A stretch of 63,627 nt of DNA, counting the filler, from Catajapyx aquilonaris (Eukaryota): NCBI GenBank assembly GCA_000934665.2. It is 4 parts of 4 records of this genome, joined end to end, with 100 filler letters (N's around TTAATTAATTAA, not from the genome) between each part and the next. Parts side by side here need not be neighbours in the genome. Positions count along the whole stretch, not along the records: positions 33,750 to 48,667 come from JYFJ02007664.1; positions 48,768 to 63,627 come from JYFJ02007665.1; 2 more parts are not named here. The stretch is one strand, 5' to 3'. Below are positions 39,298 through 50,502 of the stretch, one piece after another (the first letter of the stretch is position 1; every line of letters begins with the position of its first letter). The notes under the pieces were generated by a model. The model did no database searches and was not told where the DNA came from. It was given only the letters and a program-made list of their open reading frames with translations. Made by a program: the position numbers and the translations under genes.

Positions 39298-39645
39298 ATG
39301 ATTATTTTGGAGCAGGCTGTGGACGTGTGTGGGTGGATGATGGGTGTGGTAGAGGTGCTACTGGAGGACATGATGTCGAGCAAAAGTGAGCTGGCGGAGA
39401 AAGAGAGACTTTTGGCCTCCGGGTTGTTCCCGGATTCGAGTTGCACGTGTGATTCTTCCGCGAGTGATGATGATGGTGCGAGTAGTTGGGAGGAACCGGC
39501 ACAATTGGTGCGGGACACACCAGCGCCGCTCAAGCATTGGTACAAGGCTGTCAGTTTGGCCAGACTGTTGGGTTGTGTCTTGATTCTTTACCAGGGTCTG
39601 CTCTGCAATTTTGATCCGATCAAGTATTTTCACCTGCTGTTTCAG
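39298..39645 (+). CDS. Candidate alternative first coding exon A of myosin XV (acidic patch plus hydrophobic segment)
   Basis: 116 codons from ATG 39298 ending at cag|gtaagg in phase 0, in frame with the phase-0 SH3 exon at 41543. Confidence 0.45.
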
Positions 39646-41542
39646 GTAAGGGTGGTACTGGGTGGGTCGCGGGTCAAAGAGCAGGACGGATGGACGTTGC
39701 GTGACGGATTAGGAATGGTGAAATGCTACGACGAAGTGTACGCAAGGTGCTGGCATAAATAGAACAAGTTTCGTCATATTTGGATCTATGCTTTGTTGCC
39801 CCCTATGTGTTAGGTTAGGCTTGGGTCACCGAAATATTGCGCGTGGGCAAACTACAACTTCCCTTTTGTTACGAAATAGTGATGTTCCAGCGTTTCTTAT
39901 CGTCACGCAGTTCGTCCTTGTGATGTGCCGGAACCTATTGAAAGGATGGTTGGTGAAAAAATATCTTCCAAAAATGAAATTATTTGCTACATTCTGGTTA
40001 ACGATAGTTTCATCTAATGGTGCAGATTGCTTGATGAAAAAGTATTTTAAGCGCTTAAATATTATCAGGCAGAAGCTGATTCCATATATCATGTCAGACT
40101 TAGCATGTGAAAAGTGCATATAAATTTCATACCCCTTCAATTATCGTGTCATCTATTATTTTTGATGCAGTTATACGTGTTCTTAATGGTATGTGGAAGG
40201 TAGATTTAAATTGTTGAAAAATTGCTGGTTCCAATCAAGGAGCGGCAACAGCTCCATTCCGGAGTCTCTAGTACCGGTACCTTATACTTTTTGTGTCAGG
40301 TAATTTATATTTATTGGCATATCTACCTTCAAGGACTTGCTGCCTTACATATCGCAACATGCCAGAGAAAATAATATTAACTCACTGCGCAACTGTGGGC
40401 GTGTCCTTCTCGTCTAATATATGTGTCATTTGACAGCTCGGTCTTACTACCAGTTTATACAGGGTGGTCCATAACTCCTGTGATGGGTGGCTAAGGTAGT
40501 TACTTGACTTACCGTATTTCATGACATTTTTGCCTGATTGACATCATTGATACATGCGGCTAAAATTGATATTTGATAACGCCCTCTAGTGAATCATAGG
40601 GGATATCATGCTGGTGAGGCAACAGGACTATAACTACGTATCATTCATGCGGGGACGACCTCCGTGCCGTACGCCATAACACCTCCCAACTAAATGTCGA
40701 GCATTTTGGTCTTGGAATAGGTCAAGGACTCACCCCCTACTTGCCCGGAATGTGGGAGTCGCGACCAACGTCTTGGAATTATGCAGTATACGAGTTATGT
40801 CTCAGGCCACACATTTTTCCAATTTACTACCGACATTCCTATAATTTCTGTGCAAAGCGTAACGCAGTCTTCAAAATTGCAAGTTTTGTGAGGATGGGGG
40901 ACGAGATGCTAACTGATAATCCAGTTGCTTAAATACTGTGTCGTTCAAACCATGTAATAGCAGATAATGGGCATGCGTACGAATTATTAGATTAATTAGC
41001 GAATTTTTTTAAAGTTAGGCTCTCAAGTTCTACTCCATCTATTTAGGAGGTTTTTCCTTTCTGAACCACTCTCGTATCTCTTATAGGCCGTATTGACTGC
41101 ACAAAAGTCTAGCAATATCCAGTATAATAACCAGTGGATATATTAATTAAAGCTTCCGGGAGATGGTGTTAACCCAGCACCTTTGCACGACATTGACCTC
41201 CCTCTTCATACGATTTAACCTATATGCTACGCGATGCTGATAGGACACCACATTTTTCCTACTTTTCTCCATGCCCTTTCACTTGGCTTCTGTATCGGTC
41301 ACTTATCCAAAACGCCTCTCGGTCATGCCTGAGCAGAAAGCTGACGAAGCTAAAAAGTATATGGAAATCCAATGAGCGACACGCGACGTACCCAACTGAA
41401 TTAAAATCGGTAACGCTCTGAAAACGTTATCACACATGAATACAAACTGCGCTTCTGGAGTGATTGTTAGTGTACATAACAATTCTAGCAGTTGGCCCCC
41501 TTGTGTTGCATGTACTGTAATACAAGACACATTGCTTTCCAG

Positions 41543-41660
41543 GACTCTCAAGAACTTGTGAGAGCTGTAACAGATTACGTCACGAGAGAATCTACTTTGC
41601 TCAGTTTCCGACGTGGAGACGTCATTCGCGTGATCAACAAGGACCAATATTTGGAAAAAG
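41543..41660 (+). CDS. Myo15: Myosin XV exon, SH3 N-terminal half
   Basis: tttccag|DSQELVRAVTDYVTRESTLLSFRRGDVIRVINKDQYLEK-G|gtaagt. Confidence 0.9.
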
Positions 41661-41733
41661 GTAAGTTAATTAAATCAGGTGTGTCACTACATATCTGCAA
41701 TGGAGTGTGTAAATGACTGGGCACCCTGCTTAG

Positions 41734-41831
41734 GTTGGCTCTATGGGATTTTGGATGGACGAACTGGCATCTTCCCATGCGAATATGTGGAGACCATTAG
41801 TCGACACGACCTACAGAAACTTCCGAAGAGG
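41734..41831 (+). CDS. Myo15: Myosin XV exon, SH3 C-terminal half
   Basis: cttag|(G)WLYGILDGRTGIFPCEYVETISRHDLQKLPKR|gtaagt; phase 1 matches the previous exon. Confidence 0.9.
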
Positions 41832-43256
41832 GTAAGTCAGGACTTACTTATTTTTAAGTGCGCTGTTATCTGTAATAATGTGCCGACACCCAATTTGATG
41901 CCTAATGATTCACAAAAAATTATATTATACATAGATAACACGGAACGATCGTAGGGAATTTTGTAATACAACTCTTCCATCATTGAATTGAGTAATAATG
42001 ACATTGTCGCGGATTAACGCTATTGCAGAAAATAGCTCAATTAGCTTACACAGGTCTATACATTTTGAGTCTGCATGCGGTTGATCGAGACCTTGGAGTC
42101 TTACTGTTTAAGATGTGTTTGTGGTGCATATTTTCTCCCAAGTTCCTCCGAGTGGCAGTCTTCCCCGCTTTCTACCAAAACCGCAGCACGACAATAATGA
42201 TGTTGCTCCACTTCTAGTTATAAAAACGGACAGTATTTTCGGTCGGTTTGGTTTCACTCTCGACTTCACCTCAAAAATCGCGAACGTCATGCGACATTAA
42301 TTCGATTCAAGAGACCGAAGATGTCGCACGACTGCCCGCAACAATGAGTCACATCTTCCACCGCAACTGACAGCCCTGCGACAATCCAATAACCTCAATG
42401 TTATAATGTGGCTTGGAAATTTAAATCCAGCCAAAGTGTTAGTCCAATGTTTCAATAGACAGAACAAGAGGACATAATATTATTCATTAGCAGTAATTTT
42501 GTCGTTTTGTGTTGTTGCATGTTTGCATACGAACTGTCCAATAAGCTAACTTGTTTGTCTGGTTGTTTGGATTGGACCAGAAAGATGCTTCTTACACCCC
42601 CCCCCCCCCCCTCAGTCCCTCCTCCATCGAGAGGAACAGGTTGGGGAGGCAGCTTCCATGCCGTTCCAGCACGCACCTTGTAGTGAAGAAGTAGGCAGTC
42701 TGACCAGTGGTGTGCTGAGTGCAACTGGTAGAATGGACAAGCTCCTTCGATTCTTGATATAGTTACCGGAACATGGCGTGGGTTTTCGTGACAATTGGCT
42801 GAAACCGACCTTATAGTTGCGATTGCAGATACGATATTAATTATTGCTTGAAAAAGTGCGCGTAATTGTCCGAAATTGCCGAACTTTTCAGAAGTGGGCT
42901 ACGCACTTTTCGGAAATTAGGATGAACGATGGGCAGGATGTTTTCACCACGATAGTGCAACATGAGGCCTAATTACCTGGAGTTGTGTGCTTATCAAGGG
43001 TTCCGGGAATGATTTGACTTGATTTATGCGCGAGTTTAGAAAGCTTAGAGGAGTAGTGTACGCGTCTTTATTTACGATCAGTACGATGGGTATACCGGTA
43101 CGGTACCCTGCTTTCGTGTGTCATTTCGCCGTCTTTTAGATGGGAATTATGTGGGACTGGCCGTTGACATGTCAGAGAACAAGTTCCAGAACCGTGATTT
43201 GCGAAATATGCTTGGATCTGCCTCGCACGTAAAGGCGGGCATGCTTGACGGTTGCA

Positions 43257-43263
43257 TATAAAA
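43257..43263 (+). promoter_or_regulatory. Candidate TATA box of an internal myosin XV promoter
   Basis: TATAAAA ~100 nt upstream of cagccATG (43358). Confidence 0.4.
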
Positions 43264-43357
43264 GCAGGTTGTGAGCCAGCCATTGCATGCTAACACTTGA
43301 AGTAAGCAACGACCTGGCATCGGAACATCATACGCTCCATCAGTTGTGCATCCAGCC

Positions 43358-44179
43358 ATGAAAGGTGCGCCATCTGATGCTCGCAGGCGACTGACAGTCT
43401 TCCGCGTCGTCTCTCCGACGAGGTTTTCCAGCAATGGTTCAGGGTACAGCAAGACTGGAAGCAACAGCCGGTTTCTCCATTCCCTGGCAGTCAGCATGGA
43501 CAGAGCCTGTTGCAAGTGCCGTAGCAAAGCCAGGCCCAGAATCCGGACACTGGATCCACGGGTGTTTAACCCTTTCATTTGCGGATGCGCCCAGAATTCT
43601 GGCAGTGATAGTGGTGCCCCGACCTTAGAGGACGATTTGACCGATTCTTCCGACGATGAGTTTACATTCAAGAGAGGCAGTCCGGTCGACGAAGGTGCAG
43701 TGGAACATAGTTATGTTAACCAGCCGGGGAATCAAGCTGGAATCAACCAACAGCAGGCGGTGTGGACTAATGGAAACTTCATATTGGTGAAGAAGGAGGC
43801 CGGTGCACCTGATCCACCGGAGCCGAATTATTTCTCGTCATTGGCTGTCAATTGTCACGATTGCAGCTCGTGTGTGAAGAAGAAGCAAAATGTGGTAGCA
43901 AGAGAACCAGAAGAGAAGCAGGAGGAAGTGGTTATGTGCAATTGCCGGGAAGACCCTTTCACTTTGTATTCGGATGGGACATGTTGCTGTATGCCAACTC
44001 GAAGTTGCTATTGCTGCTGCGAATGGGACGGGCAGCAGTATGGAGTGATTCCAGTGTACGACGAGTGTTGTTGGTTCCGCGAGGATCCGTACCACAATCT
44101 GAAAATTGTCAGGGGCCATCTGAAGGATAAAACTAGGTCTTTACTGAGCAACCGCCTAGAGAGGAGTTACTTCCTTCAG
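43358..44179 (+). CDS. Candidate alternative first coding exon B of myosin XV (Cys-rich)
   Basis: 274 stop-free codons inside the intron, ending at cag|gtacgt in phase 0, in frame with exon 46074. An alternative start at ATG 43496 follows the acceptor tttctccattccctggcag. Confidence 0.6.
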
Positions 44180-46073
44180 GTACGTTGAGTGGGTGTAGGA
44201 TATGTGTTTCGTGCACTGATATTAGGCTGGACTGAATATGAACCAAGAGGCATATCTTTGCGATCCAATCTCAAGTAACTTCATGCGCTGTATTATTTCC
44301 TGTCGTATCTGAATTATTCTTGATAAGGCCAGGTGCTCGGATAATAATTTCCCAGGCAAGCATATCATTTACACATTTTTCAGAAAGTGCATACAAGTAA
44401 AGGTGACCCGGTCTCCACCTATATCTACGTCAATTACAGGATCTGACATTCATCTTATTCGGCATCTGTTCATACCCGTGACTATCTCAACCCAAGTCAC
44501 CTTGAAGAGACTGTGGAACTGACGTTACGCACGTGAACACTTGAAGTAAATTACTCCTACGAGGCCATTCAACTTCATATGTCGACCGCATAATAATTCA
44601 TTCATAAATCCGGTGAGAAATTTGCGTGATCTACTGAGATCAACGAGAGGTCTGACTGTACCATTTGATTCATAATTTAACTGCAGATGAATTTACCAAT
44701 AAATCAAAAGATAATGATAATGAAAATAAGGAACAACTGCGACTCTATTTGCCAAGAAAATTCGGTCAATTCAACGGAAGAACTTTCGTAATGGGAGACC
44801 GAATGTGGCAGGGGTCGGGGCGGGGAATAGCGATGTTTTATAGCACTAAGCTGTTACTTTCGAACAGTTGTTAAGTGTTACTAAAATACTAGATCTGCTA
44901 ATGTTGATTAGAAGCATTAATTCTGGTCCTGAACTCAGTGGCGGAACCGGGAGGAGGGGGGCGAAAGCACCCCGAGAAACCTAGGCTATTATCCAAAAAT
45001 CGTCAAAAATTACTCATCCGTTTTTTTTTACTATCAATTTCATCAAATGCACACCCATGCAAATCTCCCACATTCACGTAAGCTCGTGTGACCTTGAACC
45101 CAAAAAAAAACCGCCCGCGGCGGGCCTGCTCCCCGTCCTTTACGGCTGATGCCCCCCCCCCCANGAAATTTTTTCTGCCTGCGCCCCTGTATTTGCAGCT
45201 TGATTTGCAGTCATTAAATATCCCATATGAGATACAGTACTGTAATACCCCTCAATGTGCAAGTGTCTGTTCCAAAGTAATTGCTTAAAATAAGCAGCTT
45301 AGTGAAGAAAAAAACCGTTAAGCTTACGGATAATTCAGTTGGAACAAAGTGCATAATGCCACAATTACCGAAAAGCACCCCCTTCCCTCCCACCTCCCTG
45401 TCTGGCGCCCCTGCCGTTGTCCAAATACCTGGAAAATTACACTAAATAATTATTGCCAGCGCGAATTTTCGGGAATAAGTAGGCCTACTAACTTTTATGG
45501 AATTCTTGACTAGGAAAAGATTTCACTTACGGACACAATCAAAAAAAAGTTGGGAAATACCCCAGGATGATTGTCAAACACTAGGCTCGATTGGTACAAA
45601 CCGGATGCGATCGTCTATTGCAACAGTTTCACCGATTGTGTCAGTAGCTTTTACAACAGTTATTTAATTACACTACCTGTGCTGAATCAAAATGTGAAGA
45701 TTTGGTTTGACCAACTGGGTACACTGCTCCTTGAAAGGCAAAGGAGAAAACCGAGAATAATCGTAACTGCACAGGTTTTTCCTACTGACCTCAAATTTTC
45801 CGGATGACCCCTTCTGAATGACCTAAGCCATATCCACTTGAGCAGCAGCATTCTCTAGCTTCTTAGTCCAGTTGTGCACCATCAATGAATTTCTCCCTCT
45901 GGTAAACCGGCCTTTGAAAGGTGATATGTTGTCTGGCCAAGTCTGACATGATAACCTTCAGGTGCAGGCCACTTTTGCTTGCATAATAAATGCTGATAAT
46001 TATGATGATAATGATGATGATGACGATGATAATAATAGTAAATTCTAGAATGTTGATGATGGGATATTTTCAG

Positions 46074-46246
46074 AATTCCAACCAGAATGGAATGAGTGAA
46101 ACAGTGGATGGAAATAAGGCTGAGACCACAGGATGGACAGAAGGGCAAGACTGTGATCCTCCGGAGGGACAAACCAGCCTGGTGCATGACGGAAAACACT
46201 CCCTCCTGCAGTTTGCTATGTACTACTTCAGGCAAAGCCCAGAGAA
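46074..46246 (+). CDS. Myo15: Myosin XV exon (SH3-MyTH4 linker)
   Basis: ttttcag|NSNQNG..HDGKHSLLQFAMYYFRQSPE-AA|gtccgt; phase 2 is required by the next exon. Confidence 0.85.
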
Positions 46247-46329
46247 GTCCGTTCATGCCTTTGGAACTCCTTGTGTTTATTATCAACCAGAAATGTCATG
46301 ATATTAATCTGAAATGTGTTTTTTGACAG

Positions 46330-46450
46330 GTTTGAATTGTTGAGAAACCTCGATGGCACGCTTGAAGGAACTATGAAAATGATCGAGAGCATTAAGGGCA
46401 AGAAAGGGAAAGGCAAGAAAGGGAAGGAGGAATGGACTTGGAAGGAATTG
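46330..46450 (+). CDS. Myo15: Myosin XV exon
   Basis: ttttgacag|(K)FELLRNLDGTLEGTMKMIESIKGKKGKGKKGKEEWTWKEL|gtaagt; not in the ORF track. Confidence 0.85.
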
Positions 46451-46932
46451 GTAAGTATCTGAATGTTGGTATTCTATCAATCAAGGAGGACTTGAAAATG
46501 TAATTTCCCAGACATTTGGAAAGCATTTTTAAAGCACATTTGACTTAGCACAACTTTCATGCTTGTTGCAGGTATGAATAAAAAATACAGGGGGGATACT
46601 TCGTCTTGCGCACATCTGATTAATCTCTATTCCTGGATTTTCATTCAGGAGACACACATTTTATTCCATATCCTCTCTCTTCTCATGCTGTCACACTAGG
46701 GTGACTTCTGCAAATTACATCTGGCCTTCCCTGTGGGATCATTTAAAAAGTTTATTATGATTAATAATAATAATAATAATAAATAATTTATTACCCTTTA
46801 AGGTATACAACCTTCTTGGGGGGCACTTGGTATATCTAGCACTTGCGTAGAAATGTTGACCTGCAGTTCAATGCCCAAATTGGATTGTTCAAACTAAGGA
46901 ATCTCCAACTCTTACTTTATTGTCCCTTTCAG

Positions 46933-47106
46933 GTTGATATGGTGAAGTTTGCCAATTCTCCCATTCAAGCATCCTTGTTGAGAGTTGACTCATCAGATCT
47001 GAACAAGTTAGCCATTGAGTGCTTTGTGGCTACTATGAGATACATGGGTGATTATCCCATGATGAAAGGAGGAAGTGAAGTGGAATGTGTCTACACCATT
47101 CTTAGG
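46933..47106 (+). CDS. Myo15: Myosin XV exon, start of second MyTH4 domain
   Basis: ccctttcag|VDMVKFANSPIQASLLRVDSSDLNKLAIECFVATMRYMGDYPMMKGGSEVECVYTILR|gtaggt; MyTH4 motif PIxxSLL..AxxxFxxxMRYMGD. Confidence 0.9.
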
Positions 47107-47721
47107 GTAGGTCAAAAAAGGGTAGAAAAATAATGTAACCTAAGCATCCAGGCTGAGGAGTTAGTTGGTGTCGATTTTTCATGTTTGACTAGTAAGTAAA
47201 TTTGGGAGGTTTTTTGACAATCACTCAATATTCCTCTTACAATGAAAGCATGATTATGTGCAATTCCACAATAATGTCATTATGGCAAGATAAGGGAAGT
47301 GTTATGGCCGGAGAAAATTATCTCTGCACATTGGAAGGGCACAGTCCCAAATATAGCTATTAGAGAGGCATGTTACATGGCCGTTTTGTAGCGCATCCCA
47401 TTAAACCTCGTTAATTCTGAGTGCTTTTGGTAGGGAGTTACACAAGAGGCCTTGGAGCGCCTTAGCCCATATCCCCACCTCCTTCCAATTCCCACCCCGT
47501 TGGGAACGATTAGTGTTGCTTATTTAGTGGTAATGTAGTTTTTTTTGCGATCCAAGTAGCTGCAAAGACACAGCTGGCAACGTATTTAGAGCACTCTTGA
47601 AGGGTTTTCCAGTTACACAGCAGGCTTATCCCGCTTCTAATCCCTTGAAGTGATTGTACAAGGTAGTTTATCTTAAGGCGCTAGCGAACGTCGCCTCAAG
47701 TTTTGAAGCGCTTTAGCACAA

Positions 47722-48667
47722 GGGTCATTCCATGTCAATTCACCGAGCCCCCTGACCCTTGGGTTGTCAGATTTGGACGAAAATCGGCGAATCGCTTTAA
47801 TTACGTCTTTCAAAAATACCATTTGCGCGGTTTTGAGATTTACCCCCCCTCCCCGGAGATAGGCCCACCGAAAAAAACGTCATTTTCGGAAGGTAGGGTT
47901 TCAGAAATCGGTCATATCTCGTGAACCAATTGAGCTACAGACGTCGTAGACCGCTCCCTTTGAAGAGATTCGAGAACCCAATCTCACTAAGGATTGAAAA
48001 TTCGTATTGTGACTTTTTTGAAAATTTTGTCCCATTTTCTAAATTTCAAATTTTTTTTTAAAAAAATCCGCCTAATTTAAAAATCCGATTTTTAAATATG
48101 TTGTAACTCAGGCCCTTCCCCTGACATAGAAAAAAAATCTCAGGAGGACTTTTTTGATTTAAGGAAAATAATTGCATTTGAAGGAACGCATGTGCGCCTT
48201 GAAAGTACGCAATGGGGCCAAATATAGGCCCTAATCAGTCCCAGAATGATCCATGAACAGAGTTATCTAAATAGACACTGTCTAAAGGGATGACTAACAG
48301 TGCTGAAGAGGAAATGCGTGGCATTCATGGCAAAAAATGCTCATTTTATAATTTTGGCGCAATGATTACAAAAAATGTTAATAAATTGCCATCTATAATA
48401 TTAAAATGCTTGCGGACTATGTATAAGCCCTCTGATTGGTCCGCCCCCATATTGTTCCCGCCACCGCTTCCTATTGGCCCCGTTCATTGTTCCCTGGACA
48501 TATTGTTACCATGACGCCTCCGATTGGCCCCCCTTCCGAGCATGCGCAATGGGTGGAAGAACGCCACAGTCGCTTGCTGGACGCCAACGAGGACACATCA
48601 TTCTCCTCTCCCGCGAAGACCCCTCCAACCTTCCGCCTTCCTCCACCCACGTCTTCACGGTGACCTC
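47722..48667 (+). mobile_element. Left part of a DNA transposon (terminus GGGTCATTCCATGTCAATTCAC), truncated by contig end
   Basis: Terminus resembles GAGCAATTCCAGGTCAAATCAC at 27354; the interior shares sequence with 13880-13964. Confidence 0.6.
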
Positions 48668-48767
48668 NNNNNNNNNNNNNNNNNNNNNNNNNNNNNNNNN
48701 NNNNNNNNNNNTTAATTAATTAANNNNNNNNNNNNNNNNNNNNNNNNNNNNNNNNNNNNNNNNNNNN
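48668..48767. other. Artificial contig-joining linker
   Basis: N44-TTAATTAATTAA-N44. Confidence 0.98.
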
Positions 48768-50420
48768 AGATAATCTTAATGGAAACTTTTTATCACATCC
48801 TGTGTATAACCCCACCACTCCATTTTTTGGGGGTGTCCCAATATTTTCAGATCAGAGCAAGTATAATAATAAAAAGCAATCCGAGCTCATAAGAAACTGA
48901 TTTTTTAAAATTCAGGATGGTGTCTTATTGTAGCAATTTCAAGGACTTTGATTTTCAGAACACCCTGTACACTAGAAAATAATACGATGCCTGTTTCCCA
49001 CCGTCCTGCTGCAGCAATGTCTCCTCTAGACTGTAAATGGCCTCATTAAATTCCAAATGGATTGCAAGTAATGATCGAGGACACGGACATGGGGAGCAAA
49101 AAAAAGCAACACATGACATCCGCTTCCATGATGTGTGGAGAGGAGCATAAATCTTAGAAGCGATGGTGATCACACCGTGCCAGCTTATCAATACTGAACT
49201 CCTTAACTACTGCACACAACTGACTGTCACGATTTTATGCAACTGGCTTCAAACGCCATTTTCGTAAACAGGGGTTGCCATAATTTCAGTGTCAGTTGCT
49301 CAATTCTATGGGCACTTCCTGAATCGTGTTCTTAAAATAAAAGTTTGCGTATATCAGGATTAAGCAAAGATTGTAAAACATACTGCTCTACTATTGCATA
49401 TGCAGAAAAAGTGTGTCAAGGTGATGGGAATCCTGTATATTCAAAACATACTCTCGAAACAGACACTGTTATTGGTTGGGCAAGTGCAATGTAATTGTGC
49501 CAAATTATGTTGTAGTGTAAACATGCTCTGCACAGTAATTAATCACAATCTAAATGTACAATACTGACACTGTGACCCACATTCGTGGGTAAACCGTGCT
49601 TGTATTCTGGTGAGTGAAAAAGCCTATTATTTCATTTGTCACTCCTGTTGGAAAGCCCAGTTCCTGTCATGGAACTTAGCCTTAGCATGAAAACAATTCA
49701 AATACCTGCAATATTCTAGTTACGGACAATATAGTGAGTCGTTTAGAACATTTAGCGATTGATCCATGCCTTCTCCCATCGGTCCCGTACACAATCACTA
49801 CAACTCACCGTCAACTGATTCGGGCCAATAACGCGTCTCCCTTTAATTTATTCATTTCTACCGATTTTAGTCCATAATGGACATTCCATGTCCCAAGGAG
49901 CAATTATGTCTTTTTATCCACGATCCTAGATAACCTTGATGTGCACAAATCTTCACAACCCCATTTCGAAAGTGTCTAATAATTCCTTCTAATTACCGGA
50001 TGAGACCTGACAAATACAATGCGATTCATCCAAGAGGCGGAGATGTGCTACATCTTACCTGCCAACTATCCATCCCACAAGGTTTCCAACTCTTCAATTT
50101 TTTTTTCCTCCTCCCACCTTTGCATCTACCACGGTCGTTCTTGAATCTAACAAAATGACATCACTCTGCACCTCATTTTCTGACAAAATACAATAAAAGG
50201 TGATGCGTCAAAGGGGAAATAGGCCCCAAAAATCTTGAGACTCTCGAAATGAAGGGTACGTGACACAATCGTATTGCGACACTTGAGAACTGATACAATG
50301 GAAGCGTGAAAAGAGATCATCCCCCGCCCATTTGGTTGAAGGGAAGGGGGTAACTGGGAAGCGAGACACACTACCACTGCAATCTGCACTAATAGTCATG
50401 CCGACAGGCCCAAGGGAAAG

Positions 50421-50428
50421 TATATAAA
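50421..50428 (+). promoter_or_regulatory. TATA box of cuticular gene 1
   Basis: TATATAAA 67 nt upstream of gccatcATG. Confidence 0.75.
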
Positions 50429-50487
50429 CTCATCACAATGTTGGCCAGCCATATAGTACTCAACTGAGCATTCTGCCTGCAGCCATC

Positions 50488-50502
50488 ATGTTCGCCATTC
50501 TG
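50488..50502 (+). CDS. Cuticular protein gene 1, exon 1 (MFAIL)
   Basis: gccatcATG TTC GCC ATT CTG|gtaagt; a tiny first exon typical of cuticular protein genes that completes a signal peptide with exon 2. Confidence 0.8.
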
